Source: the human T2T-CHM13v2.0 reference genome, Homo sapiens
Assembly: GCF_009914755.1 (NCBI RefSeq)
Contig: NC_060941.1
Reading direction: 5' to 3' (one strand)
Length of the DNA stretch: 64,000 bases
How positions within the stretch are numbered: the stretch's first letter is position 1; every line of letters begins with the position of its first letter. The position numbers and the translations under genes are program-made. Below, one piece after another: positions 1 to 15,340 of the stretch. The notes beneath the pieces were generated by a model that ran no database searches, was not told where the DNA came from, and saw nothing but the letters and a program-made list of their open reading frames with translations.

Positions 1-151
1 ACACCTGGCTAATTTTTTTTGTATTTTTAGTAGAGATGGGGTTTCACCGTCTTGGTCAGTCTGGTCTGCTCTTGAACTCCTGACCTCGTGATCCGCCTGT
101 CTCGGCCTCCCAAAGTGCTGGGATTACAGGCATGAGCCACTGCACCCGGCC
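1..151 (-). mobile_element. AluS element, partial (cut by window edge)
   Basis: Reverse-complement Alu left arm (cctcccaaagtgctgggattacagg...cccggcc). Confidence 0.95.
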
Positions 152-371
152 AAGGCATGCTTTTTGGTTAGAGAAGTTTGGTGAGTAAAAACTAATAAAG
201 GATGGTTGAGCAACTTAGCGATGATACTAATTTACTGGGCTAGAAAATACCAGAGGAGGGTTGTTCATATGAGAGGCCTGGAGTGAAATTTGGTTATCCA
301 GATGATAGATGACAGCAAAGGCAATGGATGAACTAGGAGGAGAGGACACTGAAAAAGGAATTAATTAATTA

Positions 372-655
372 TTGAGAGAGTCTCATTCTGTCACCCAGGC
401 TGGAGTGCAGTGACACGAACAGAGCTCACTGCAGCCTTGACCTCAGGCATAAGCAATCCTCCCACCTCAGCCTCCCAAGTAACTGGGACTGCAGGCATGT
501 ACCATCATTGCTGGCTAATGTTTTTTTTTTTAAATTTTCTGTAGAGATCAGCTCTCCCTATGTTGCCCAGGCTGGTCTTGAACTCCTAGCTCGAGTGATC
601 TTCCCACCTTGGCCCCCCAAAGTGCTGGAATTACAGGTGTGAGTCACTGTGCCCT
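372..655 (-). mobile_element. AluJ element
   Basis: Diverged dimeric Alu with J-type motifs (cactgcagccttgacc, ctatgttgcccaggctgg). Confidence 0.9.
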
Positions 656-1431
656 ACCATGATTTTTATTTTTTAAAGACGGGAGCATCTTGAAATGCTG
701 ATAGAAATAGCTATTAAAGGATGAGTTTCAAAATATAGAAGTCAAAATATAAGAGGTTCCTGGGTGAATGAGTGGGAGTGGGATACAGAGCAAAGGTAGA
801 TAATTTGACCTCAGAGAGAAAAAGGAATATGTCTATTTTAATAGGAGGAGAGGGTGTGTGTTAATGGGCTTAGGTCTGTAGGTTTGTTGGTGGGTAGTTG
901 ACAGAGTTCTTTCTGATAATTTTTATGGCATGTATTTTTCTTTGTGTTATGGAAGCTGAAAATATGGGTTGAGAGTGATGCAAAGAAATGAGGTCAGAGA
1001 ATGTTCACAGGGAACTGACTAAAAAAGCAGTAGATTGCTAAGAGGTGAAAAGGGTCAGTTGAGATTTGCAAGCATAGATTTCTGACATATTTGGTATATC
1101 ACTAACTAATATGACTTTTTTTAACAGTGTTCAGCCGCCTTGGTATAGTTGGAATCAGCTTGAATTTTGATTTGTATTTTATGTGGAATCAGAGAGCAAA
1201 GGGGCAAGGGAGTTTGGGGGTTTGGTGGGAGAGTGATTGAAATGACAGATCATTTTCTTGTGGGAAAAATTAGTAAATACAAAATAATATTAAAAAAACA
1301 AATGAAATGATGAATTTTATGCATGTTTTATGCATGTTTTCTTGTGCTGTTGCATGCCAAGTTTGACCCTCTGCGTGTGTGGGTTCTGTGTCTGCCAGCC
1401 ATGGATCAAAAGTATTAAAACTAAGTAGATA

Positions 1432-1749
<318 letters not shown>

Positions 1750-2014
1750 CTAAGTAGATAATACAAATAAATATAGTATAAGTATTTACATAACATATAC
1801 ATTGTATTATGGTTATAAGAATCTAGAGCAAAAACAAGTGAAATGATGAATCCAGGATTCCAGTTGAGAGAGAGAGGAATTAAAGACCAGAGGAGACTGA
1901 CTAGGACCCTAAAGCCTTGATTTTCATCTCATTTATTGAAAGCACTTCTTAATGTCTGGATGGGTGGAGTGGTGGAGGGGAGTTTTACGCACGGTTTCTT
2001 GTGTTGTTTCATGC

Positions 2015-2320
2015 CAGGTTTGACCCTTTGTGTGTGGGGTTCTGTGTCTGCCAACCATGGATCAAAAATATTAAAAATAAGTAGATAAATAATGCAAATA
2101 TAGATACGTATTTACATAGCATTTACATTATTAGGTGTTATAAGAATCTAGAGATGATTTAAGGTATACAGGAGGATGTGCATAGGTTATGTGCAAACAC
2201 TGTATCATTTTACATAATAGACTTAAGCATCTGCAGATTTTGGTATCCATAGGGTGAGTGTATGGGGCAAGTGTGGGGCTGTCTTAAAATGAATCCCCAG
2301 CAGATACCCAAGGATGATTG
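2015..2320 (+). mobile_element. MER2-family (TcMar-Tigger) non-autonomous DNA transposon
   Basis: tatttacatagcatttacatt...aatctagagatgatttaagg...gattttggtatcc...gataccc matches MER2 consensus as recalled; TA at right end. Confidence 0.8.
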
Positions 2321-2858
2321 TATGCGCTTATCTTTCCCTATAGCAATCTAACTAGAAACCTTTAGGGTTGCATAGACAAGATTGAGTATAAGATTTATGT
2401 TTCTGTATCCCTTGCATAGCCATGGCCCATCCCAGTGTAATAGTTCTTATGTGATATGTTGTGAGATTCTGCTGTCCTCTGAACTCTTCAGACATGGTAT
2501 AAATTTTTGATCAATGTATAAAGTGTCTTTTTGTCATAATGAGTATACTATTAGTCCAGTATTTTTTGTTTCACTGATTTGTTAAATGATATGGAATAAC
2601 TTACTGTAAGAAAAAGTGTAGAGTCATTTCAGTGCCAAATAAAAAATTCAGGTGTTTTTATTGAGAACTGAGAACTTTACTCTTACATATAAAAAGATAC
2701 ATATAATACAGTAAATGATTCTTAAATAGCAACATAGCATTTGGATCACCACATTAATAGTGTGACAACTCTTCATGCTTTTATAGACACTTGAGACATT
2801 GTTATATGCTTCTGTAACATATGACATATGTAACTATGTTATACATGTTGGCTACTAT

Positions 2859-3335
2859 TATAATTTGTTTCCTATTGCTGCTGTAACAAATTTCCACAAA
2901 TTTAGTGGCTTAAAACAACACAAATGTACTATTTTAATACTTCTTACAGTTCTGGAAGTCAGAAGTTTGAAATGAGTTTTTTATGGGGCAAAAACTAATG
3001 TTTTGGCATACCTGTGTTCCGTCTGGAGACTCTGGGAGAGAATCTGTTTTTTACCTTTTCCAGCTTCTGGAGGCCATCTGCGTTACTTGGCTTGTGGCTA
3101 CATTGCTCTGATGTCTACTTTGGTCATCACATCTCCTCTTCTGATGCTTCTACTTCCCTTTTCCATTTTTTAATGACATTTGTGACTACATTGGGTCTGC
3201 CTGGGTAAAATTCAGGAAAATCTCCCTATTTTAAGGTCCTCAACTTAATCACATCTTCAGAGTCCCTTTGCCATGTAAGGTAACATTCACAAATTCCAGA
3301 AGTTAGAATGTGGTCACCTTTGGGGAACCTCTATT
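2859..3335 (-). mobile_element. MLT1 (ERVL-MaLR) solo LTR
   Basis: tttcctattgctgctgtaacaaatt..cacaaatttagtggcttaaaacaacacaaat and cttaatcacatct..agagtccctttgccatgtaaggtaaca are MLT1 hallmarks. Confidence 0.85.
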
Positions 3336-3719
3336 GACTTGGTTTGATTTTGTTCTTGCTTTTTAAGTTTTGGCTATTCTGGGTCCCTTGCCGTTTCCAC
3401 ATTAGTTTTTAGATCACTTTCTCAATTTCTGAAAGGAAAGTAGCTGGGAGTTTGTTAAGTATTTTGTTGAATCTACAGATCAATTTGGAGACTATTGCCA
3501 TCTTACCATTAAGTCTTTCAATCCATGGACATGGATGTCTTTCCATTTAATTAGGTCTTCCTTAATTTCTTTCAGTGATGTTTTATAATTTTCAGTGTAC
3601 AAGTTTTATACTTTTGTTAATAACAATTTTTTATTCTTTTTGATGTTATTGTAAATGTATTTTTTATTTCATTTTTGGATTGTTCATTGATAGTCTAAAG
3701 AAATACAACTAATTTTTCA

Positions 3720-4012
3720 GGCCAGACATAGTGGCTCATGCCTGTAATCCCAGGAATTTGGGAGGCTGAGGCAGGAGGATTGTTTGAGGCCAGGAGTTTG
3801 AAACCAGCCTGGTCAACATAGCAAGACCCCGTCTCTGCAAAAGAAAAATAAAAAAAAATTAGATGTGTTAGCATGTGCCTGTAGTCCCAGCTGCTGTGGA
3901 AGCTGAGGCAAGAGGATTATTTGAGCCCAGGAGTTTAAGGCATCAGTGAGCCATGCTCATGCCACGCACTGCAGCCTGGATGAGTGAGAGCCTGTCTCAA
4001 AAGAAAAAAAAA
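3720..4012 (+). mobile_element. AluJ element
   Basis: Full dimer with A tail; flanking aaatacaact repeat as probable TSD. Confidence 0.9.
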
Positions 4013-4252
4013 ATACAACTGATTTTTTAATGTGTATCTTGTGTCCTGCCAATTTGCTGAATTCATTTATTAGCTCTAATAGTTTTTTGGTGTATTCTTT
4101 AGGATTTTCTACATATGAGGTCATGTCATTTGTGAATAGAGACTGAGTTATTATTTCTTCCTTTCTAATTTGGATGCCTTTTATTTCTTTTTCTGCCTAA
4201 TTGCCCTGAATAGAACTTCAAGTACAATGGTGTATAGAAGTGGTAAGTAGAA

Positions 4253-4483
4253 TTTTTTTTTTTTTTGAGACAAAGTCTCACTCTGCCACCCAGGCTGGAG
4301 TGCAGTGGCGCATTCTCAGCTCACTGCACCCTCTGCCTCCTGGGTTCCTGGGTTCAAGCGATTCTCCTGCCTCAGCCTCCTGAGTATCTGGGATTACAGG
4401 CATGCACCACCACACCTGGCTCATTTTTTTTTTTTTTTTGTATTTTTAGTAGAGATGGGGTTTTGCCATGTTTGTCAGGCTAG
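4253..4483 (-). mobile_element. AluS element, 5'-truncated
   Basis: Poly-T, right arm and part of left arm; small cctgggtt duplication. Confidence 0.9.
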
Positions 4484-5888
4484 TTAAATGGATGATTTTT
4501 TCTTGTCCAACTTAGGAGGAAAGTGTTCAGTTTTTCAGAATTAAGCATGATGTTAGCCTCAGGCTTTTTATAGATGCCATTTATCAGACTGAGGATGTTT
4601 CTTTCTATTTCTAGTATGTTGAGTATTTCTTTTTTAATCATGAAAGGGTGTTGCCTTTTGTCAGATGCTTTTTCTGTGTCTATGGAGGTAATTATTAAAG
4701 TTTTTGTCTGTTACTAATTTGGTATATTACATTGATTTTCATATGCTGAACCAACCTTGTATTCCTAGGATTCACTTACCAGTTCTTGAGTTTGAGAAAA
4801 TTAATCTAGGGTATGGTCATCTGAAGACTCATAGTCTGAGATTTCCCTTAGATGATTAATTTCACCTTTATCAATAGAATCTGGAGTACTGCCATCTGTC
4901 TTTTTGCATTCTTCTTCTGATAAAATAATTGTGATACATCTTCCTCTGGAAATATTCTTCTCTTTGACATTTTGGGTAGAAAATGAAAATTCTTGTATTG
5001 TTTACTGTGTTAAATGAAGAGCTTTAACAAAGGCTACAAAGCTGATGTGTCATATTTCTTTTATATCTTCTTGAAAGATGATGCAATACTTTGGGCAAAG
5101 CAATAAGAAAACTGAAGAAGGATGAAACGGTTATCACTTATTTCATTATTACGTCACTTTTAGATAAATCCATCATGTTTCCATTTTCTTTGGATTTTTT
5201 TCTTTCTTTTACAGTTTACATGCATTGTAGAATAATAAAGCCGTTCTTTTCAAGACCTTTTATAAATCCTGTTATCTTGTCTGGCTGGCTCACATTGTTT
5301 CCTGGGAAGGCCAGCCTGCAGTGGCTTAGATAGTGTTGACAGTTGTAGTTGGTTTGGAGTGGACGAACAAGGGACATAGTAATTCTTAGCTCATAATGTA
5401 AGGATCCAGAATCGGGTGGATTGAGAACTCAGTTGTAAATCTATCTGGAAATATTTGATAAGATATTTTATAAAATACTTGACTTAGTTGAAATTCAGAA
5501 GTTAGGCAATTTAGTCTAATGGGGAACAAGGTTGGTGGAGGGTGTTGAGGTAAAGAAACACTGGGTCAGCTAGCTCCCAGTATTGGCCACCAGATGGCCC
5601 TGGCAGTTTAGGTGCTGTATGAAAGAGCTTTGAAGGGGTAGAAAGAGAAAGCAGTACATGACCTGATAATAAGTATTGCAAAAATGAGGATTCATAATTG
5701 AAGCAGTGCTTGTACTACATACAAGGCTGACTGTGGAACCCATCATCAGTTACTTCCCTTTCTCAAGACTTCTTTGTTAATTGTCCCATTTCCTTCCTTT
5801 GCCCTCCAGTCTTGAAAGAGATTGCATAATTTGAAGCTCTTCAGTGCAGTTCAAAATTTTGCTTTTAGGGAAATTATCAAAGATTATC

Positions 5889-5996
5889 AGCTGGGCATAG
5901 TGGTGTGCGCCGGTAGTCCTAGCTACTCCGAGGCTGAGATGGAAGGATCCTTTGAGCCAGGAGTTCAAGACCACAATGAACAGTGATAGCACTGCT
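5889..5996 (+). mobile_element. FLAM/Alu monomer fragment
   Basis: gctgggcatagtggtgtgcgccggtagtcctagctactc...gagccaggagttcaagacc. Confidence 0.75.
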
Positions 5997-6290
5997 GTAA
6001 TTATAAGAACTTCCAAAGTTATGTCCTAGAATATATCTGAGGCATCTAGCAATTTATCTCAGTCAACACTTAAAGAAGGCCTTTCTTGATAATTATTAGT
6101 CCTTCAGCATGCCTTTCACAGAGGAAAAAACATGCAATTTCCAGATGGTGGACAAATGATTTGTCTTTCTTGTATTGGCTTGATCCTATTACTGTATATA
6201 ACTTTTTTTGAAACAGAGTTTTTACGTTTTCCAGAAGCCTCAAATTCATGCTAGATTTGTGTTTCTGTCTAGTATTCTCATCATTCACAC

Positions 6291-6714
6291 TGTTCAAGCA
6301 AACTAAATATGGCCTGAGAAGGACTCCGTACTTCTATATTTGAGTCCTTGTGGACAAACTGTAACCCAGCTTAATAGGCAGACAAGATTAAAAACCTCAC
6401 TTAGGAGTACGCGCCTGTAGCAATAGCGGAGTCTTAGCAAATCCCAGCAGCCATGTTTCAACCACTCATAGACTGCTGTGTGTTCAAATAAGGCAAATGC
6501 CAACCTGTAACCAGTGCAGCTGTTTCTGTACCTCACAGTCGATTTCTGTCCGTCACTTCCCTTTTTTTTTTGTCTATAAATTTGTTCTAACCATGAAGCA
6601 TCCTTGGAGTCTCCCTGAATCTGGTGTGATTCTGGGAGCTGCCCAATTTGTGAATCGTTCATTGCTCAATTAAACTCGTTTAAATTTAATTTGGCTGAAG
6701 TTTTTCTTTTAAGA
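6291..6714 (+). mobile_element. MER57-family (ERV1) solo LTR
   Basis: Begins tgttcaagcaaactaaatatggcctgagaaggactccgtacttc (MER57 5' end); 4-bp TSD acac at 6287-6290 and 6715-6718. Confidence 0.85.
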
Positions 6715-6877
6715 ACACTATTGCATTTGTCATTGGTTGTTTACTTCTCCCAGTATGATTAAATACATGCTCTTTTGAGTTCTTCCATTCTTCTCTATTT
6801 CTCTCTTCGTTTTTTTTGAGATTATTTGTGATTGTATTTTTTAGAGCCTCTCATGCTTTCAGCAGATATTCACTAAA

Positions 6878-7393
<516 letters not shown>

Positions 7394-7395
7394 TC

Positions 7396-7572
7396 TTTTT
7401 TTTTTTTTTTTTTTAAAGAGAAAAAAAGGACAGAGTCTCACTCTCTTTCTGTCACCCAGGCTGGCGTGCAGTGGTGTGATCATAGTTCACTGTAACTTTG
7501 AACTTGTGGTCTCAAGCAGTTCTCCTGCCTCTCAGCTTCCTGAGTAGCTGGGACTACAGCTGTGCACCACCA
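7396..7572 (-). mobile_element. AluJ/FRAM right-arm fragment
   Basis: Poly-T then ctgtcacccaggctgg..gtgcagtggtgtgatcatag. Confidence 0.8.
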
Positions 7573-9289
7573 ATATTTTCATCGTGTGCATTATTAACCC
7601 TGCATCTTATCTGTAATGTTTAAAAAGTTATTGGAAGTGTTTATTAAATGCATTAGTGTGTGTGTGTTGTATTCTCCTGCAGAAATTTCTCAGAGGAGAA
7701 GCTCTATGTTGACAAATGCTAGAAAATGGATAGCATTTACTTTAAATATATGTAGCTTACTTTTTATAATTATATGAACAGATTTGTATTCAAAAGGACT
7801 CTGAAGGTCATATCCAAATTATTATTGTGGAGAAAATCATAAAAGGAGATTGTATGGATTGACTGGAAAGATAATACTTAGTTCATCATTTGGATCAGTT
7901 TGTGGTCATATTTTTATAATTAGAGACTTTAAGACAATATCTTAATGTATTACTTTACATTATTTTCAATTTTCTTACCATTTAAAATATTTTCTTCAAT
8001 CTTTAAACTATTAAAGCATTTTAATGGTATAATTTATTTATTTGGCATAGTTCTAATGTCAAGAAACTTGTTTCTCAGACTGGAAACCAGGTCAAAAATA
8101 AGAATAAGCCAATCCACCACAAAACCAAAAATGAGAATAAAAGTAATATAAAACCATTTAAGCAGGAAGTAGATATAGAAAAAGATATTTTTTAAAAAGC
8201 TGGCAAACAGGCTGAGATGACAGAGAATTCAGAACATGGTTAGAAATGAAGATCATTGAGATTCAGGAGAAAGTCAAAACCCAATACCAGGAATATAGGG
8301 AATACTGTAAAATGAAACAGGAGCTGAAAGATGAAATGGCCATTTTAAGATCCAGAGTGATTGCATAGAGCTGAAAAACTCACTTCAATAATTTCATAAT
8401 ACAATTGCAAATATTAACAGCAGAATCAACCAAGCTGAGGAATGAATCTCAGAGCTAGAAGACCAGTTCTCTGAAATAACTCAGACAAAAATAAAGAAAA
8501 ACCAATAAAGAAGAATGAACAGAATCTCTGAGAAATATGGGGTTGTGTAAAGAGATCAAATTTATGACTCACTGGCATCCCTGAAAAAGAGGGAGAGAAA
8601 GCAAGCAACTTGGACAACATATTTGAGAATGTCATCCATGAAAATTCCCCCGACCTCACTAGAGAGGGCAACATTCAAATCAGGAAATGCAGAAAATCCA
8701 TGTGAGATGAATATCCCCAAGACACATAATCATCAGATCCTCCAAGGTTGAACTGAAAGAAAAAAATGTTAAAGGCAGCTAGAAAGAAGGGGTGGGTCAC
8801 TTAAAAAGGGAACCCTGGTTAACAGCAGACCTTTCAGCAGAAATTCTACAAGCAAGAACAGATTGAGGGCCTATATTCAGCATTCTTAAAGAAAAGAAAT
8901 TCTAACCAAACATTTCCTATGTAGCCAAACTAAGCTTCATAAGTGAAGGAGAAATAAGATCCTTTGCAGATAAGCAATTGCCAAGGGAATTCATTACCAT
9001 CAGACCTGCCTTACAAGAGGTCCTCAAGGGAGTGCTAAATATGGAAAAGAAAGACCATTACTGGCCACCACAAAAAACACAGTTAAGTACATAGACAGTT
9101 GACACTGTAAAGCAGCTATACAGTCAAGTCTGCATCATAACCAGCTAATAACATAATGACAGGATCAAATCCACATATATCAATATCAACACACATAGAG
9201 TCAAAGTAAAGGGATGGAGAAAAATCCATCAAGCAAATTGTAAACAGAAGAAAGCAGGGATTCCTATTCTAATTTCAGACAAAGCAGAC

Positions 9290-9696
9290 TGATATAGTTT
9301 GGATATTTGCCCCTGCCCAAATTTCATGTTAAATGGTAATCCCCAATGCTGGAAGTGCGGCAGGGCCTTGTGGGAGGTATTTGGGTCATGGGAGCAGATC
9401 CCTCATGTCTTGGTGCTACCTTTACAGTAGTGAGTCAGCTCTTGAGAGATGTGGTCATTTGAAAGTCTGTGGCACCTCCCCCCAACACACACTGTCTCTC
9501 ACTCCTGCTCTGGCCACTTCATGTGGCTGCTCCTGCTTCACCTGCCATGAGTAAAAGCTTCCTGAGGCCTCCCCAGAAGCAGGTGGTGGAGCTGTGCTTC
9601 CTGTACAGCCTGCAGAACTGCAAGCCAATTAAACCTCTTTTCTTATAAATTACCTAGACTCAGGTATTTATAGTAGTGCAAGAACAGCCTAATACA
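9290..9696 (+). mobile_element. MST (MSTA/B) MaLR solo LTR nested in L1
   Basis: tgatatagtttggat...cctaataca ends; 5-bp TSD cagac at 9285-9289 and 9697-9701. Confidence 0.9.
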
Positions 9697-9851
9697 CAGA
9701 CTTTAAACCAACAATGGTCAAAAGAGACAAAAAGGCATTACATAATGGCAAAGGATTCAGTTCAACAGGAAGACCTAACTATTTTAAACGTATGTGCACC
9801 CAACACAGGGGCACCCAAATTCATAAAACAAATTATTAGAGACTTAGATAA

Positions 9852-10015
9852 CCAACACAAATTTGTAAGCTTTCTTAAAACATTATGAGATTTTTTTTGT
9901 AACTTTTTTTTTTTTAGCTAATCAACTATTATTAGCATCAATGTGTTTTATGTGTGGCCTAAGATAATTCTTCTTCCACTGTGGCCCGGGAAAGCCAAAA
10001 GATTGGACATCCCTG
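9852..10015 (+). mobile_element. MER30 (hAT-Charlie) partial
   Basis: ttttatgtgtggcctaagataattcttcttccactgtggcccgggaaagccaaaagattggacatccctg matches the MER30 terminus. Confidence 0.8.
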
Positions 10016-11784
10016 GTATATGCCCAAAGCAATGTAAATTGTTCTACCAAAAACGCATGTGCTTGGATGTTCATCATAGCTCTGTTCACAATAGCAACAT
10101 CATGAAATCAACCTAAATGCTCATCAGCGGTAGACTGGATAAAGAAAATGTATATATGCACCATGTAATACTATGCAGGCATAAAAGAATGAGATCATGT
10201 CCTTTGCAGCAACATGGACAGAGGAGCTGGAGGCCATTATCCTAAGCACACTAATGCAGGAACAGAAAACAATTACTTTATGTTCTGACAAGTGGGAGCT
10301 AAACACTGAGCACGCATGGACACAAAGAAAGGAAGAACACACACCAGGGCCTACTTGAGGATGGAGGGGTGTGGAAGGTGAGGATCAAAAAATTACCTAT
10401 TAGATACTGTGTTTATTACCTGAGTGACAAAATCTGTACGCCAAACCCTGTCACACGCATTTTACCAAGAAAACAAATCTGCCCATGTCCCCTTGAATCT
10501 ACAATAAGTTAAAATAAAAAGCTGGCATTAGAATGGAAATATTAACAGGATGTCATGATCATCAAAATAGTACAGAAGTACTTAATAGTTAATTTGATTA
10601 CATTATTAATTACATAAACATTTTTATGCATGGGATGTTTTACTTTTTTTAAACAACAGGATAAGAAAAGGGCTTTAAATATACAGGAGGGATGAACATT
10701 GAAAATGAAAATTGATTGCCTGTTAATAATATAGCAGAAGAAGACATTGAAATAGGTTGTTGAGTCTCCAGCCTTAGTGGACCATTAAGAAGTCATTACT
10801 TCTCCTGAATGGTTTAGAATGAGTGTCACAAACATAAAAGCTTAGGGACCATGTAGATAACATAATGTTCAAATCAGCTAAGTGTAAGAAAATTAGAAAT
10901 GATTGGGGGCCTGTCAATGGCTTGTTATTTTCCTGTCCAGATATTTCACTTGCCAGGGATGTATCTGATGATTCCTCCTGAGAGAGTGAACATCTTAAAA
11001 TTTGGATGCAAAATTTGGAAAAGCAGGGTAAAATTTAGATTTACATTAGTGTCAATTAGACCAAACTGCCTTCTCCCACTTAGCTTCAATTTGTGGAATT
11101 TCTATATTAATATTTTATTATGATCAGTTTTCTATTGGTATGTTAACTTGAGGAAAATCATTTAATCAAAATGTAACTATGAGATGAGTAGCTTTATGTT
11201 TTACTTTTCTATATATTGAAGTAATTAAAAAAGTTTTAGAACTAGCAAAAAAAAAAAAAAAACCCTCTATATCTTCAAGAAGTAGCCATCACTATAATTT
11301 ATGCCACCCACCAAAATATTTTACCTAAATCAACTTAAGTATGTTCTCCTGGTCTTTTTTTGACTCTTAGTAAATTTTAAGTAATAAGTTGCTGTTTTTA
11401 TGATAATGATAATCTGCACTCATTTTTTTCCTTTCAAAACTTTGAACAACTATGTGTAAATAATCAGAGTTTGAGTTAGAAGTTCTAAGTAAGCCTAGAA
11501 TATTCTTGGTTTTCCCTCAGATAAAATTTTGAACTATTCCTACAATTTTCATGCCTTTTCTTGATTCCCTGGTACACATTCATTCTAGGTAGTCCTCATT
11601 GTTCTGGTTGATTTAAAATCATTTCTCGCTCAATGAAACTTACTTTTATTATGCCCCTTCTTTACTAAGTCAGTAAATCTGATGAATTGTGTCTTTGCTC
11701 AGTTTATTTACTCATTCAAGAAATGTTGAGAGCCTACCATGAACTAGGTGTTGTGGTTAAAAAGATTAATAAGACCAGGTTTCC

Positions 11785-12123
11785 TTTTCGTTTTTCTTTT
11801 CTTTTCTTTTTTTTTTTTCTTTTTCTTTCTTTCTTTTTTTTTTTCCAAGATGGAGTCTCCCTCTGTTGCCCAGGCTGGAGTCCTGTGGCAGCTCGCTGCA
11901 CCCTTTGCCATCCGGGTTCAAGCGATTCTCCTGCTTCAGACTCCCAAGTAGCTGGGACTACAGGTGCATGCCAGCATGCCCGGCTAACTTTTTTGTATTT
12001 TTTAGTAGAGACAGGGTTTCACCACATTGGCCAGGCTGGTCTTGAACTGCTGACCTCAAGTGATCTGCCCGCCTCTACCTCCCAAAGTGTTGAGATTACA
12101 GGTATAAGCCACTGCGCCTGGTC
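11785..12123 (-). mobile_element. AluS element
   Basis: T-rich tail plus full dimer; source of ORF 11687..12265. Confidence 0.92.
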
Positions 12124-13617
12124 AAGACCAGATTTCTTTATAAGGGATTTGATATGGACAATGGTATACAAACAAAAATATGTAATTGATAAATTCAGCA
12201 AATATTTAGCACTTCCTGTGTATCAAGTATTATTTTCCATTTACAGGGCTGTAGCAATGAATTAAACAGGCATCTTCTCTTCCCTCCTGGAGCTTATATT
12301 CTAGTAGGGAAACTGATAAGACAATCAGGTATATAAGATGTCTTTTGGAGGTAAGTATTTGGGGAAGAACACATAAGAAGTTATGGGTGACGGTTTTGGA
12401 GCATAAATCATACCACAGAGTTGCCCTCCCCTGGAATTAAGGAAGCTGGTCTTTTGTATCTCAATGATTAATAATTAGTCATTGACTGAGAACCTCTCTA
12501 GGGTAGAAGTAGTAAGGCATGAAGCTTTCTGGGCAAGATGGTGCCAGTTAGCCAAAGGCAGTTCTCTGGAGAAGTGGGGGAGCATCTCCAAGCCATTAAC
12601 AGCTCAGTTATTTACATTTTAAATAGTTTTAGTTATCGCATGTATATCCACTACTTACAGTTTACTGTTAACATTTTATTTTGTTATAATTCATCACATA
12701 TCTGCCTCTCTATGCCTCCATCAGTCCATCAATCCACCTTATTTTTTGATGCATTTCAAAGTAATAATCTGCAGACATCTATATGCTTTCTCCTATTTAA
12801 GCATGAATATCATTAAGTGGATTTTAGCATTTGTTTACATTTTTCATTTGAAAAAAGTAATCATCTTCAAAACATATAGAATATTACCATCATCCTAGAA
12901 AGGTTCCTCGTGCCATTTCTAAGTTGATCCCCATATCTACCCCCAAGAGACAACCATTATTCTGATTTTTTTGGCATAGATTATTCTTGAAGTTGGTATA
13001 AATGTAATAATGCAATGCATATGCTTCTATGTAAAGGTTCTTTCACTTGGCATATTATATGTTGTGATTTATCTGTGTTGACTGTATGAGTAGTTCATTC
13101 CTTTTTCTTGCTGAGTAATATTCCTCTTTGTGAATATCCCATAGTTTATTCGTCTGTTGATGGACACCTAGTCTAGGTATAGGGTATTATAAATCTGTTA
13201 TGAAAATTGTTGTACTAGTCTTTTCATTATGCATATATGTTTTAATTTCTCTTGGGTAAATAGTAGAGGTGGAGTCATGCATTAGGTGTACAGTAAGTTT
13301 CATAATAAACAGCTATATTTTTCTCCAAAGCCATTGTACCATTTTATACTCCTAAAATAGTGTGTTGGAATTTAAATTACTCTTCATTGTGATCAATATT
13401 TGATATTGTCAAACTTTTTAAAGTTAGCTCTTCTGGTGGGAGTATAGTGGATAGCTAATTATAATTTGTATTTCTGCAATGACATATAATGTTGAGCCCT
13501 TATAATTTGGGTGTGGGTCATTTATATATCTACTTTTTGAAACTACCTGTTCAAATCTTTTACCCATTTGAAAATCGATTGTCTCTTTATTACTGAGTTG
13601 TAGGTGTTCTTTATATA

Positions 13618-13960
13618 CAGTAGTCCCTCCGTATCCACATTCCAAGACACACCCCACAGTGGATGCCTGAAATGACAGTACCAAATCCTGTACACGCTAT
13701 ATGCAGTAACTGATCTGATAACCAGGGTGGCTGCTAATTGACCAGTGGTCAGGTGGCATATACAGCTTGGATAAACTAGACAAAGGGATGTTTTACCTCC
13801 CAGGCAGGATGGAGCAGGATGGTGTGAGATTTCATCAGGCTACTTAGAATGGTGTGTAATTTAAAACATGAATTATTTCTGCAGTTTTCCATGTAATATT
13901 TTTAGACTGCAGGTAACCGAAACCATGGAAAGCAAAACTGCAGATAAAGGGGGACTACTG
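13618..13960 (-). mobile_element. MER44A (Tigger7-derived MITE)
   Basis: Terminal inverted repeats cagtagtccc / gggactactg; TA TSDs at 13616-17 and 13961-62; 343 bp. Confidence 0.9.
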
Positions 13961-14159
13961 TATCTTGGATGTAAGTCCTGTGTTATATATGTTTTGTGAA
14001 TAATTTTTCCCAGTTTGTGGCTTGCCTGTTTTCTTTAATGTTATCTTAGCAGATGTTTTTAAATTTTTAATAACCTCCAAATATATGTTTTTTTAAGTGG
14101 CTGTTGCTTTCTATGTTCCTAAGAATCCTTTGTCTACCTGTAAATAGTGAGACAGTCTG

Positions 14160-15340
<1,181 letters not shown>

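Larger units (their letters stand above)
3340..4780 (-). mobile_element. Old L1M ORF2 fragment, interrupted by two Alus
   Basis: Antisense L1 ORF2-like sequence (ttgaatctacagatcaatttgg, tccatggacatggatgtctttccatt, tgctgaaccaaccttgtattcc). Confidence 0.85.
8206..10514 (+). mobile_element. Old primate L1 (L1PB/L1PA-old type): ORF1, start of ORF2 and 3' end, with a large internal deletion
   Basis: ORF1-like sequence (gaaaattcccccgacctcactagagag, gcagacctttcagcagaa), endonuclease start, L1 3'UTR; TSD taaaaagctggca at 8193-8205 and 10515-10527. Confidence 0.88.

Noticed and set aside
11687-12265. Longest ORF in the track (192 aa) and similar [14 protein letters not shown] ORFs
   Set aside because: Translations of antisense Alu sequence; no independent gene structure.
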